Shown here: piece after piece, positions 46,269 to 58,866 of the stretch
Numbering within the stretch: the stretch's first letter is position 1
Layout of the letters: the number at the start of each line of letters is the position of its first letter
From: Rebecca billardiae RCC1528
Taxonomy: Eukaryota > Protista > Haptophyta
Direction: 5' to 3'
Length of the DNA stretch: 64,000 bases
NCBI GenBank assembly: GCA_965240325.2
Contig: OZ251237.1
Location: 744,001 to 808,000, forward strand
Position numbers and translations under genes: made by a program
Notes under the pieces: model-generated
Told to the model about the DNA's origin: nothing
Seen by the model: the letters and a program-made list of their open reading frames with translations, nothing else
The model's database searches: none

Positions 46269-48087
46269 TCAACGCCGCCGCTTTTGCGAAGGCTTGCCGT
46301 CTGCGCTGCCGGGCCCTGAGGCGGCGTGAGGCGCAGGGCGCGCGCGCGCGGCAGATGGGGACATGCCGGGCGGGATCGGTGCCAGCGAGAGAGGGGGCTG
46401 CCAGGCATCGACGCGCGCATGCACACCGGCGCGCGCGGCGCGCGTGCGCGCCGGATTCACAGCACGCGCGCGGCGGGCGCGCGCGAGCGAGGACGCACCC
46501 GCCGTGCCAGCCAGCGGCTCGTCCTCACGCTTCCGCTTGCGATCCGCCGGCGCGGGCCGGCCGTTCTGCGCCTCGAAGCGCCACGTGCGCTCGTCGAGCA
46601 GAACCTCCTCGGGCGCGGCCGACGAGGGCGAGGGCGCGCGCGCCGCGTCGGCCGCGCCGTGCGCTCGCGCGCGCGCCGCGGGCGCGGCGGCGCCAGGCGT
46701 GCGCGGCCTGCTGTCGAAGAGGATGGAGTGCCGCGCGTGCCGCGGCGCCGAGCGCATCACCACGCCCGCCCGCCACGTGAGCTGGTCGTCCTCGAGAACC
46801 TCCAGGCGGCTGCGAGTGCGCGGCGCGCGGGCGCGCGCACAATGGTCGGCGGCGCGGGCGCGGACGAGCGCGCGCGCCTGCTCGGCGCACGGCGCACGCG
46901 CGAGCGTACGGCGTGTGCGGCGCGCGCGCGCGCGCACCTGCCGACAAGGTCAGCGCGCGCCGCCGCCGCCTGCTTCGGGTCGACGGCGCGCGGCTTGGAG
47001 GGCGGCGCCGTGCCACCGCTCGGCGCTACGCTCGCGCTCGCGGCCGGGGGCGGCGCAGGCCGCTTGGCGGATGGGCGTGAGGGCTCGGCGCTCGCAGCGG
47101 CGGCCGGCGAGGCTCGTGCGCGCTTGGCGCCGGCACTCGCACTGCCCGGCGAAGCGGGCGCGGGGCGCGCGGGGCGCGCCGCGGCCTTGTGGCCTGCCGC
47201 TGTCCCCGCCCCGGACTGCCCACGACCGCCCGCGCCACCCGCCGAGCCGCCCGCCCGCGCCGCGCCGGAGGCGGCGGCGGCTGACGGCTTGGACTTGGCC
47301 GCACCCGCGCCGCGGCCGGTGGCGCCGCCGGCTGGCGCGGCCTTGCCGCTGCGCGAGGGCGAAGGCGTGGGCTTGGCTGCGGCGGCGGCGGCGGGCGGCG
47401 TCGGCTTAATGTGCGCTGCTGGCGACGAGGCCGCAGGCTTGGCGCCGCCGCTGCCGCCGCGCGCGCGGCTTTTCTCACGCTCGGCCTTCAGGTATGCACG
47501 TCGCCCTTCCTCCAGCACGGACTTTGAGATTCGAATCACGGAGCGCGGCTGGTGACGCGCCGGAGGCTTCGGAGGCTGCTTCGAGCCGCCGGGGCCTGCC
47601 GCGCGCGGTGCGGCGGGCGGCGGCCGCGCTGCCGTCGCCGCCCCCTCCGCGTCCGCCGGCCTTCGCCACGCCGCCACGCGCCACGTGGAGCCGCCGTGCC
47701 ACACGCGCGCGATGCGCAGCCGGCTCGCGTCCACCTCGTGACGCGCGTCGGCATAGTGCGGCGAGGCTACCGCAAAGGTGAGCCGCCCTGCGCCGCCGCT
47801 GTGCGCGGGTGCGCTCGGTGCCGTCTTCGCGACCAGCTCGACGAGCCACCAGCCCTCCTCGTGCCAAAGCTCAAGCGCCGAGCCCACGTGCGCGCGTGAG
47901 ACCATGGTTGCGTCCGAGGGCGGAGGCACCGGGCGAAGCCGGCTGAGAGGCACACGCTCCCGGTAGCGGCCAGAGGGCTCCGGCTGCGGCCGACCGTCCC
48001 GCGGCCGGTCGGGCGACTCCGCGGGCCCCGCGGGAAGCTGCTGCGCCCTAGAGGCGGGCTCGGAGCGGCCTGACGCGCCGCCGACAT

Positions 48088-48120
<33 letters not shown>

Positions 48121-51100
48121 GCGCGCCCTCTGCCGCGGGCGTGGCGGCGGCGGCGGCGGCGGCAGCGGGCGCGCCCTCTGCCGCGGGCGTGGCGGCGGCG
48201 GCGGCGGCGGCAGCGGGCGCGCCCTCTGCCGCGGGCGTGGCGGCGGCGGCGGCGGCGGCAGCGGGCGCGCCCTCTGCCGCGGGCGTGGCGGCGGCGGCGG
48301 CGGCGGCAGCGGGCGCGCCGCCCTCAGCCGCGGGCACGGTGCGGGCGCCGTCGGCAGTTGGCGCGCCCTCATCTGCAGCGCCAGCCGCGCGGTGCTCCGC
48401 CGGTGCGCCGGCCGCCACGGCAGTGCTAGGCGCGCGCTCCGCCGCCGGCGCCGGCGCCGCTGCCTCCTCCGCCTCCTCCGCCTCCTCCTCCGCCTCGTCG
48501 TCCGCGGTGAACGTGTGGTATTCCACCTCCGCGCTGCCCGCGTCCGCGCCCGCCGCGCCTCCGCCCCTGAACAGCCGCAGCACCTGCGCGGGATACCAGG
48601 AGCCAATCAGCCCGTCGTCCACCGACTCGACCTCGACCTGCGACCCCTCGCAGATCGCGCCGCGCTGCTGCGAGCCCTCCGCCGCGCCCGCCTCCGCGCC
48701 CTCGCCCGCGCTCAGCGGCTCCCACGGCGACCAGAGCGGTCGGCAGCGCTCGTCGAGCTCAGTCCGCCACCACGAGCCGTCTCGCGACCGTCGAATGGAG
48801 CCGACGAGCAGTCGGTGTGCGCCGAGCTCCGGAGGGTCGCCCGCGAAGGCGTCGAGCTCGCTGTCCAGGTGCAGAGCCGCCTCGGCCGCCGCCTCGGCCG
48901 CGTCAGCGTCCGCGTCGTCGTCCTCGTCGTCCGACTCGGCGCTGCGCCGCGTGTCGGGCGTCCCGGTCGGCCTAGCCCGCGCGCCGCGGCCCGCCGGGGA
49001 CGACCTGCGCCGCTCGCGCTCAGCCCGCTCGCCCGCGCTGCGCTCGACCTTGCGCACGAGCCGCTCGACGGTGTTGCCCACGATGAGCCGGATGAAGCGC
49101 GCCGCGCGCTCGTCCTTCTCGCGCTGCCGCGCCTCGCGCTCGGCGGCGCGCGCGGCGAGCGCGCTCTCGCGCTGCGCGCGCCGCTCGGCCGCGAGAGATT
49201 CGCGCATCGCGCTCGCGCGCTGCTTCTCAAGCTGCCGCTCGGCCTTGGCGGCGGCGATCTGGTCCAGCTTTTGCTGGCGCGCGGCCGCCTTGGCCGCGGC
49301 GCGCTCCGCCTTGGCCGCCTCCTCCGCCTCCTTCTGCGCGCGCCGCTGCGCCTCCTTCGCCTCGCGCTCCGCGTCGCGCGCCAAGCGGAAAGCTTCTTCG
49401 GCCGCCTCGCGAGCGCGCCGCGCCGCCTCCTTCTCTGCCGCGCGCTCCGCGCGCCGCCGCTCCTCCTCCTCCTCGCGAGCGCGCCGCGCCGCCTCCTTCT
49501 CTGCCGCGCGCTCCGCGCGCCGACGCTCCTCCTCCTCCTCGCGCGCGCGCCGCGCCGCCTCCTTCTCTGCCGCGCGCACCGCCTTCTGCCGCTCCTCCTC
49601 ATCGCGGCGCGCGGCGCGCGCCTTGAGCTTCACGCTGCGGCGCGCGTCGGCCTCAAGCCGCCGGAGCACCGCTTCGAGGGTCGCCCGGACCTGCGCGGAG
49701 TCCTGCCGCTCGCGCTCGGCGGAGGCGAGGCGATTCAGCCCGCGCGCGTGCGACGCGGCGTGGAGGTGCCGCACGAGGGGCTGCGAGAGCGCCTGCACGA
49801 GCGCGCGCATCAGCAGCACCGCGCGCGCGGAGCTCGACGCGCGCGCGCACGCCCGCAACCAGAGCGCCGAGTTCGACATGGACATTGCGTCGAGATGCCG
49901 AACCGAGGCGCGCGCGAGCGCGCGCGCGTCCACGCGCGCGTCCGCGCGCGCGCGCTCGCGCAGCCCCGCGCGCAGCGTGCACCACTCGCACGCCCACTGC
50001 CCTTCGGGCACGGCGCTCAGCTTGGGCCGGCAGCAGAAGGTGTGCATCGCGCCGTCACACCCGTCACACATGAGCAGCTCGGCGTCGACGTCGTCCGCGC
50101 CGCAGCGGGAGCACACGGCGGCGAGCAGCTCGGGCTCGGCGCCGTCCGGCAGGCCCGCCGCGTCGCCGGTGGAGTCCTCGTCCTCCTCCTCGTCGGCGTC
50201 GTCGTCCTCCTCCGAGCCCTCCTCCTCGCTACTGCCTGCCTCCGCATCGTCGTCACCGTCGCCGTCGCCATCGTCGTCGTCGTCGTCCGTGCCCTGCTGC
50301 TGCCGCTGTTGCTGCTGCTGGCGGGAGCGTCGCGAGGAGCGCTGCGCCGCGGCAGACTTGGCGGCGAGGCGAGAGCTGCGCCGCCCGCTCGTGGCAGCGG
50401 GCGTCCCCTCCTCCTCTACCTCGTCCTCCGCCTCCTCCGCCGCCTCCTCCGCCGCCTCATCCTCCGCCTCCGCCTCCGCCTCCGTCGCCTCACCTTCCGC
50501 AGCGCCGCGCGCCGCCGCCGTGGCGTCCGCGCGTGCTGCCGCCGCGTCATCGGCGAGGCTGCCGCCGCCCAGGCTGCCGCCGTCGTCCGCGCCAGCCCCG
50601 TCTGCCCCCTGCCCAGCCGCGGCGGGCAGCCCGAGACCGGGCGGCACGTCGGAGGGGCGTCGGAGCGCGTCGCTGTGGACCTCGACCCACGAGTCCCACA
50701 GTTTCGACAGGCCGACGAATCGGACAAGCGCGCGGCGCCGCGCGGCCGTCTCGACGGGCTCGGCCGGCGCATCCGACGGCGGCGAGCACGCGCCGGGCTC
50801 GTCCGCCCCGTGCGCGGGCTCGAGCGCAAGCACTTCCGCCTCGCACCAGCAGCCGGCGGCGTCGCGGCACAGCAGCCTCTCTCCCAGGGCGAGGCCAGCG
50901 AGCTGCGGTGGCGCCGGCCGCAGCGGCGCATCGGTCGAGCAGTCGGCAGCCGCGGGGGCAGGGCCGCCGGTGCTCGCAGCCGGCGCGCCGACGGTGCCGT
51001 CGGCGCGGCCGCCGCTCAGCGCGGCGAGCGGGCCAGCGTACGCAGCAGCTGATCGCAGCGCGGCCGGCAGCGAGCCCCAGTCCGGGACTGTCGGCTCGTC

Positions 51101-51323
51101 CGGTTCGGCGCGCGCGGCTGCGGCGCTCGGCCGCGCGCGCGGCTCGCGCGCCGCCTTCGCCGTCGGCGGGCGGAGCGCCTTCGCCACCGTCGGGCCGTCG
51201 CGCATGCGGCACCGGCCGCGGTGTCCGTTCTCGCTCACGCAGTGGGCGTGGCGCGCGCACTGCACGAGCCGCGCTCTGAACCCCTCGCCGTGGGCCGCGC
51301 CGAGCGAGTCGGCGCCATCGCCA

Positions 51324-51361
<38 letters not shown>

Positions 51362-54300
51362 CGACACATCCTCCTCCTCCTCCTCCGACGATGGCTCACT
51401 CTTCGCGCCCGCCGACGGGGCCGACCGCGGCGCAGCTCGCTCGCGCGCCGGCCGGGGACGCGGGGTGGCGGACGCACGCGGAGCGGACGACGACGTGTCC
51501 GCTGGCCCGCCGCGCAGGCGGCAGCGCCCGCGGTGCCCTTTGACGTTGGTGCAGCGCGGGTCGCGCCAGCACTGCGCATCTGCCGACCGCTCGGCTGGCA
51601 CGTCCGCGAACCCTGCCGGCGGGCTGGGCGATCCGGGTATGTCTGGCCGCCCGTCAGCCCCGCCCGCATCGGCCGTGGCATGAGCGTCGGCGGCGGCGGC
51701 GCCAGCTGGCGCGCCGTCCTCCGCCGCGTCCGCGCCTGCGGCGTCGAGCTGCATGTCAGCTCCGATGTCCGCGGCGGGCGCGGCGCTCGCGGGTGCGCGG
51801 GCGGCGGCCACGTCTGTCAAGCCGCTCTCGTCTCCCGCTGGCGCCGTGCCGGGCTCTGCCGCTGGGGGCGCGGCTGCCAAGTGCGGCTCAAGAGGCGCGG
51901 CCGCCGCGGCCGGATCGGCCGCGGCCGCGGCGGCTGCGGTCGGTGTCGGCGGCACGGCTGCGCTCGGCGCAGCAGCCGCGGCTGCGGGCGGCACGTGGGC
52001 CGTAGCCGCGCCCGGCGCGGCGGCCACGCGCGCAGACGACAGCGCGGGAAGCGCGTCGGCGCACGGCGCAGCAGTCGCGACACCAGCCGCCCCGGGGGCA
52101 GCAGCCGCCTCACTGGGCGCCGAGGCAGGCGGTGATGCGTGCGCAGCGGCTGCGCCCGGCGCACCGGCCGCAGGCGCCGCGTGCACGCCCTCCGCCGCAG
52201 GGCCCCCCGCCATGGCCGCGACCGGCGTGGCATCTGCGCCCGCGGCCTCGGCGGCGGCCGGCGCGCCGCCCGCGTCGGCCCCGTCGGGCGCGGCGGCGCG
52301 CCGTGCCGCCGGCTGAGCCGCCGGCTGCGCGCGGCAGAACGGCGGAGAGCGCCAACTGTCGACGAAACTCGCCGGGTGAAGCCGGCGCTCCAGTTGCGCG
52401 ACGAGCGCCGCGAGCTCGGCTCCAGATTCGGCGGCGCGCACGTGCACCTGCCACGCCTCGCGCGCCGCGCCCGCCCAGTCCGGCGGCAGCAGCGCGCCGT
52501 CGAGCAGCCCCTCGAGCTGCAGCAGCAGCAGCCGCGACGCCTCGAACGGCTCGACCCGCGCGTCGGGCGTGGCGCGCGCGCAGCCCTCGACGTGCCGCCA
52601 ATATTCGCAGATGTTGAGGCGAGAGCGGCGGCAGCAGATCGGGCAGAGCGCGCCCGTCTCACCCAGCTGCATCTCCTTCGGCATGGCGCACACCTCCGCC
52701 AGCACCACCTCCGGCGGCGGCGGCGCGGGCGGCGCGGGGGCAACGGTCGTCGCGGCACGCTGCGCGAGCGCGGCCGCGGCCGGCGCCGCCGCAGCCGGCG
52801 CCGACGCGGCCGGCGCTCCGGCTCGCCTCGCCGACGCTGCCGGCGCCGCGGCCGGAGAGTTGGCCTCGTTGACGGTGCCCTCGTCGTCGTCCTCGTCGTC
52901 GTCGCCCGCCGCGCTCTCGCCCTCCGAGTCCCCGGAGCCCGCGCCGAGGCGCGAGCCCTCGCCGCCCTTCGCCGCGCTGTTGCCGCGGCTGCCCGCACGC
53001 GCCAACGCCAAGTCGCCGTCGTCGCCGTCGCCGCCGCTCGCGCCGCCGCCGCCGCCGCGCAATGCGGCGCTGAGCTGCGCGGCGTTGCCGTCGGTAGCCG
53101 CGCGCGCGCGCTCGGTGGCGAAGTTCTCGATCGCCACGCCCAGCCCGCGCTCGTGCGCGCACACGCTGCCCCGCAGCGCCGCGACCAGCTGCGCCAGATC
53201 GGCGGCCGCGCAGAACGATCTCGCCGCGCCAGATTCGGAGTGCGCCCACACCGCGCCGGCGATGCAGACGTACTGCCAGCCGTGACGGTCTCGGCCAAAG
53301 GGCTCGACGCGCAGCGTCTCGACGGGCGGCCGGCCCTGCACGCGGCCGAGCGACGCCGCCGCCGCCCAGTCCCACGGCAGCGCCGCGATCCGGGAGCCTC
53401 GCGCCCGGACCTCCTCCGCGACGAGCCGAGAGCGGAGCGCGCGCGCGCACAGCGCACTCAGGATACGCAGCCGGTCGGCGGGCTCGATGCGCGCGTACTC
53501 TGTGGCGTGCAGCGCGCGCGCCGCGACGGCCGAGCCGGGCGGCAGCTCGCCCTCGCGCGCGCCCAGCGTCACCATGTACTCGCACGCGACCGCCGGCCAG
53601 CTCAGCGCGCTCAGGTGGCGCAGCTTGGCGGCCGGGCTCGGCAGGTCCGCCTCGCCGGCGCCGCGATCCGACTCGGAGTCGGAGTCGGCGCTCGCCGCGC
53701 CGGCGGGGGCGCAGCTGACGCAGTAGCGCAGCAGCTCGGCGTGCAGCTGGTGCCACGCCATCGGTGGCGCGCGCGACGCGAGCCCGGACGCCGCGAGCTC
53801 GATCGACACGGCCGGCAGCCGCATCAGCGGCCCGAACGCGTTTGCGAACGCGACCGCTTCGAGAAGCTCCACATGCAGCTCGGCAGGGACGGCGGCTGCG
53901 GCGCTCGGGCCGGCCGGCACGAGGCGCGGCTCGTCGGCGAGGGCGGGCGCCTTGCCGCGCGCCGCCTTGCCGCGCGCCGCCATGCCGAGCGCGCCCGCCA
54001 GGTCGCAGCGCACGGCGTCAAGCTCCTCCGCCGTGTATGGAGCATCCTGGCCGGCAAACGGACCGCTCGGCGCCGTGCCGAGCGTGGGGTAGCCGTGCGT
54101 GACGCGGGCGGGCGTCGTGGCGCGCTTCGCGCTGCCGCCACCCTCGCCGCCGCCGCTCCCGCCGCCGCCGCCGCCACGGCCCGCTCGGCCGCCGCGCCCG
54201 CGCCCGCGCCCGCGCGCGCGCCCGCGGCCGGTGCTTGCGGCCGTCTTTGGGCTTGCAAGCTTCTCGGTGTGTACGAGCTGCTTGAGCGACTTCCTGATCT

Positions 54301-54364
54301 TGGCGACCGTGGCACGTGCGGCCGCGCGCGAGGGCCGTGCCGTGGTGGCCTCGCCCTCGGCCAT
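46269..54364 (-). CDS. Large chromatin reader (DDT/WHIM/WSD-like, Tudor/chromo-barrel, PHD finger, coiled-coil, Agenet/Tudor), BAZ/RSF1-like; intron 46810-46937, 3' end uncertain
   Basis: DDT-like ELLEAVAFANAFG; WHIM-like RLRILSALC; WSD-like EPFGRDRHG..Y; chromo-barrel LVRFVG.SKLWDSWV; PHD CSRC...LLMCDGCD..MHTFCC.PKL..VPEG.W.C..C; Agenet GSQVEV...GSWY and ELWHEEGWW. Confidence 0.8.
48105..48325. repeat. 48-bp coding minisatellite (PAAEGAPAAAAAAAAT) x~4.5
   Basis: Repeated GGCGCGCCCTCTGCCGCGGGCGTGGCGGCGGCG units. Confidence 0.9.
49405..49575. repeat. 66-bp coding repeat (AAEKEAARRAREEEEERRRAER) x~2.5
   Basis: Repeated CGCGCCGCCTCCTTCTCTGCCGCGCGC units. Confidence 0.85.
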
Positions 54365-54604
54365 GGGAGCGCCCGGGGCGCGACGGACGTCGCGCGCCGT
54401 GCGCCACTCGGCTTGCCGCCCTTTCGGCGAGGCCGCCGAGCTCACCGCGCGCTTGACGCTTTCAGCTTGGCACACACGCTGCACACTTTGGAACTTGCTC
54501 CGCGGCGCAACCCGCTGCGGGCTCGGCCCGGACTGGTGAGCAGCTCGACGCCAACGGACACGACCTTCTTTGGAAGAGCGGGCTCTTCCAGCTGAAAGCT
54601 CCCA

Positions 54605-55963
54605 ATGGCGGCGGCGCGAGTGTGCGCGCTCGTCGCCGTCGCGCTGGCGGCGGCCGTGGGGCGGGCGTCGGGGCAGGCGCTGCGACCGGGCTCGAAGCCG
54701 GCGCGTACGTTCGAGCAGCTCGTGCCGACGCGCCTGGGCGCCGAGGAGTGCTGGAGCAAGCGCCAATTCGAGAAGGAAGCTTACGAGAATCTTCGGCTCG
54801 AGCTCGAGGGCTGCGAGGCTGCGCGCGCCGCGGCCACCAACTCGATCGGATCGGGGCCGTGCATCACGGCGCCCGCGGCGTCACCGTCGCCCAGACCAAA
54901 GCCACCGCCGCCGCCGCCACCACCCAGCCCCGGCGGCTTCTGCTCCTTCCTCGGCTGCGCGTCGCAGCCGGTCGTCGTCTCCGCGCCCGCGCCTGCGCCC
55001 GCCGCGCCCGCAGAAGTCGAGCAGCTGGTGGCGCGCGCGGGCAAGGACGTGCGCCCGCCGACGTCTGGCGCGCCAGTGCGCGACAAGCGCACGGGGCTGT
55101 GCACGTGGCAGGCGCTCTCGACCGTGCCCACCGGCAGGTGGGTGCCGGAGGAAGAGGCGCGCAAGTACATGGGGGACTCGGGCGCCTTTGACCGCTACCC
55201 TCCGTACAACCACCTGCACAGGGCGTGCGTGGAGAAGAAGGCGTGGTACACGTGCCCCAACTTCAAGCACACCCGGCAGTGGCTCCCCGATCTCGTCCGC
55301 GAGCGCCGCTGCTCGATGACGTACATGACGCCGCCGTCGCTGCACAACATCACGCGCCGGCCGCTCAAGATCCTGCTGCACGGAGACTCGCTCTTCAAGG
55401 GGCTGTACAAGGCGTTCGTGTGCCAGTGGTCGCGGTACGTGCTCAAGGAGGAGCACGCCAACTTCGAGACGAAGGGGTACGCCGAGGGCTGGATCTCGCA
55501 CCTCGCCGGCGGCTTCGAGCTGCAGTACATCTATCGTGACAACGCGTTTGAGAACACCGCGGCGGTCGCGCAGCACACCGGCTTCCGCGACATGGACGAG
55601 TTCGACGTGCTCGTGACCAACTTTGGGAACATCTCGACGTACCACCGGATAGCGCAGGAGCGTGGGTACAACGGCGTGCTGGTACACGCGAGCCACGGCT
55701 GCGCGCGCTGCCACAAGGGCTCCGCGGACCGGTGCCACTACGGCACGCTCACATCGCACGCCGCGCGCCGCACGCTCGGATACATCACGCTCGACCTGTG
55801 CGCGCTCACGCTGCCGCAGCACAACTACAGCGCCATGTGGGCGCCCGCAGGCAAGCCGATGAACCGTGCAGACCCGCACCTGTGCTCCCCCGGGCCGGAC
55901 AACCAGCTGATGAACATCCTCGCGCACATGCTCGCATCGTACTTCCGAGGGTCGGCCGCCTGA
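54605..55963 (+). CDS. Secreted SGNH/PC-esterase (TBL/ESK1-like) polysaccharide O-acyl transferase/esterase
   Basis: Signal peptide and Pro-rich stem, then KILLHGDSL...LY..FVC and C-terminal DPHLCSPG, which resembles the TBL DxxHWCLPG motif. Confidence 0.65.
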   Translation: MAAARVCALVAVALAAAVGRASGQALRPGSKPARTFEQLVPTRLGAEECWSKRQFEKEAYENLRLELEGCEAARAAATNSIGSGPCITAPAASPSPRPKPPPPPPPPSPGGFCSFLGCASQPVVVSAPAPAPAAPAEVEQLVARAGKDVRPPTSGAPVRDKRTGLCTWQALSTVPTGRWVPEEEARKYMGDSGAFDRYPPYNHLHRACVEKKAWYTCPNFKHTRQWLPDLVRERRCSMTYMTPPSLHNITRRPLKILLHGDSLFKGLYKAFVCQWSRYVLKEEHANFETKGYAEGWISHLAGGFELQYIYRDNAFENTAAVAQHTGFRDMDEFDVLVTNFGNISTYHRIAQERGYNGVLVHASHGCARCHKGSADRCHYGTLTSHAARRTLGYITLDLCALTLPQHNYSAMWAPAGKPMNRADPHLCSPGPDNQLMNILAHMLASYFRGSAA

Positions 55964-56517
55964 CGTACGTAAAATTTCGACGGTGGCCCTTAGAGCACTA
56001 TCGCTAGTCACTGCGTTAAGTCACTCTCAGTGGGGCGACTGGTCCGACGAGCTCCTCGGGATCCAGGTGCGTCATAGAATGACTTGAGCGGTCGGTGCAC
56101 GCGTGGCCGATGATCTTTTGAGCGGTGGCGGCCATCGTGCGCCGTCGTCACGCGGAGCAAGGCGTCTTGTTGACCGCTCGCTGATTACGCTTTGGAGATT
56201 CAGCTTGGCATCAAGGGCCAATCATCAAGGATTATTTCGGGAGCGATCTCTCGCGAGTCTTCGCGCTCTGAGCTCGCCGACGACGACGAGGTCCGAAGGA
56301 CAAATTCGAAGGCTGGCTGCCCACCGCAACCCACCGAACGACTCGTAACGAGATCGTCGGAGATCGGCTATCTCACTTGGTCGCTCTATCATAACTCGTG
56401 AGCAGCATTTCCGAGCGACGAAACGGGAAACGCCTTCTGTTGCCATTCAAGCCCCCATTAATTTTGGCTCGTGTCGCGCATCTGGGTCCTGGGCCGCAGG
56501 ACGATCTCTCGCGCGCG

Positions 56518-58345
56518 ATGTCGGCGATGATCGCATGCGCAGCGCTCCACGCGGCCCTCGGCCTCTTCGGCCTAGGCCGGAAGCCGCCACCACCGCCGCC
56601 GCCGCCGGCGTCGGTGCTGGAGGCGATCGGCGCGCCGGCGACCCTCTCGCTCTCGCTGCTCATCACGGTCCTCATGATGATGATTGCGTCATGGGTGCTC
56701 TCGCCGCCCAAGCCGCCGAGCCGGAGCTCGACGCCGCCCGCTGCGGCGGGGTCGAGCAAAGCCGCCGCGCCGAGCGCGCCGGCTGCTCCGACCCCGTCGG
56801 ACAGCAAGGTGGGCGCCTTCGAGCGCAAGATGCGCAACGAGGGCCTCTCGACCGCGGCGATCGCCGCGTTCAAATACAACTATGGCGTGCTCACGTCGGG
56901 CGTGAGCACGATGATCGCCGAGAAGGACATCAAGCCGGTGGATTCGCTGCCAACGCTCGAGTCGCTGAACGTGAAGATCGACCCGACGCTGCTGCAGAAG
57001 ACCGTCATGCTCAAGCTCAACGGCGGCCTCGGCACGGGCATGGGGCTGGATAAGGCCAAGTCGCTGCTTCCCGTCAAGGGCGCCAGCACATTCCTCGATC
57101 TGATCGCGATGCAGGTCAAGTCGATGCGCGCCGAGTTCAAGACGGACCTGGCGTTCATGCTGATGAACTCGTTCTCGACCTCCGACGACACCCTCTCGTA
57201 CCTCGCCAAGTACGACCACCTGCCCGCCAAGTCCGAGCTCGAGTTCCAGCAGAACAAGGCCCCGAAGGTGCTCGCGAGCGATCTCGCGCCCGCCAGCTGG
57301 CCGGAGGACAAGTCGCACGAGTGGTGCCCGCCCGGCCACGGCGACCTGTACCCGGCGATGCTGGGCAGCGGCACGCTCGACCGGCTGCTCGCGAAGGGGC
57401 TGCGCTACATGTTCGTCTCCAACTCGGACAACCTCGGCGCCACGATGGACCTCAAGCTGCTCACGCACTTTGCGCACTCGGGCGCGCCGTTCATGATGGA
57501 GGTCGCCGTGCGCACCGACGCGGACAAGAAGGGAGGCCACCTCGCGCGCGACGGCAAGACGCGCGGGCTGCTGCTGCGCGAGTCGGCGCAGTGCCCCGAC
57601 GAGGACGAGAAGGAGTTCCAGAACGTGGGCAAGTACAAGTACTTCAACACCAACAACCTGTGGGTCGACCTCGTCGCGCTCAAGGAGCAGTTCAACAAGC
57701 ACGGCGGCATGCTGCCGCTGCCCGTCATCAAAAACTCCAAGACGGTCAACCCGCGCGACAAGAAGAGCCCGAAGGTCTTCCAGCTCGAGACGGCGATGGG
57801 CTCAGCGATCTCGTGCTTCGACGGCGCCACCGCCGTGTGCATCCCGCGCACCCGCTTCGCGCCCGTCAAGACGTGCGCCGACCTGCTCGCCCTGCGCTCT
57901 GACGCATACGTCATGACGGCCGACCACCGCCTCGAGCTCGCGCCCGCGCGCCACGGCATCCCGCCCACGATCAAGCTGGACGACGGCTACAAGTTCGTCG
58001 ACCAGCTCGACAAGGTGTGCGCTCGCGCCGTGCGACGCGCGGGACCCCGGCACGCCGGCGCGGGGCCGCTCTCGGTCCGGCCAGCGCGATGCCTGAGCCG
58101 AGAAAAGCGCGCACGCCCCCCACTCGTCGCAGGCGTTCCCGAACGGCCCACCATCACTGATCGGCTGCAACAAGCTGGTGATCGAGGGGCCGGTGGTGTT
58201 CGCCGGTGGGATCACGTTCAAGGGGAACGTGACGGTGTGCAACAAGAGCGGGCAGCAGCTCCACCTTCCGCGCGGCACCTACGAGAACGTGACTATCGAC
58301 GGCCCTCCGATGTACGACGCGCAGAAGTTCACGCCTAAGTCGTGA
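56518..58345 (+). CDS. UGP: UTP--glucose-1-phosphate uridylyltransferase (UGPase) with hydrophobic N-terminal extension; intron 58015-58132
   Basis: Motifs LKLNGGLGTGMG...KS, LMNSF.T, WCPPGHGD, FVSNSDNLGA, DKKGGHL, FNTNNLWV, QLETAMG and RFAPVK. The spliced last exon gives the beta-helix PSLIGCNKLVIEGPV.F. Confidence 0.95.
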
Positions 58346-58866
58346 GCGCACGACCGTCTCGTCACTCGATCTCCCGGGTGAGTGAGACTCAGCCACGTAT
58401 GTGTTCGACAGATGTGTCGTGATGTGAGACTGTATGAGTGACCTGTGCCTCCCTGAAAGCCGATGAGTGATGCCGGGCATGATGGCGGGTGCCCACGTAT
58501 ATATATATATATACTAGATTATAATACTGATATAATTATTTTAATATTATTATATATTATACCGGGCTACCCCGCGCGCGGCGGTCCGACTCCGGCGGCC
58601 TGACGACTCGCGCTGCCAGCGTCGCCGCCACAGTGCTGGCGTCACTGCCACGACACTCATCACACGCACAGTTAGTCAGTTAGTCAAATTGGTCCGTGGT
58701 CCGCCGAGTGGTCTGGCCGCGTCCGAAGCAGTCGCCGTTCGTAGGAGCAGTTAGGCAATAGGCGTGGCGCAATGCAGGGGGTGCGATGAGGCAGCCCAGC
58801 ATCGCGGGGGCAGCCGCAGACTGCGGCAGTAACGACAACACCTGCCGACACAAACTGTCCGCACTC

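Noticed and set aside
48141-54595. Very long + strand ORFs (1180, 886, 818 aa) and similar antisense ORFs elsewhere
   Set aside because: These are stop-poor shadows of real genes in very GC-rich DNA, with Arg/Ala/Ser low-complexity translations.
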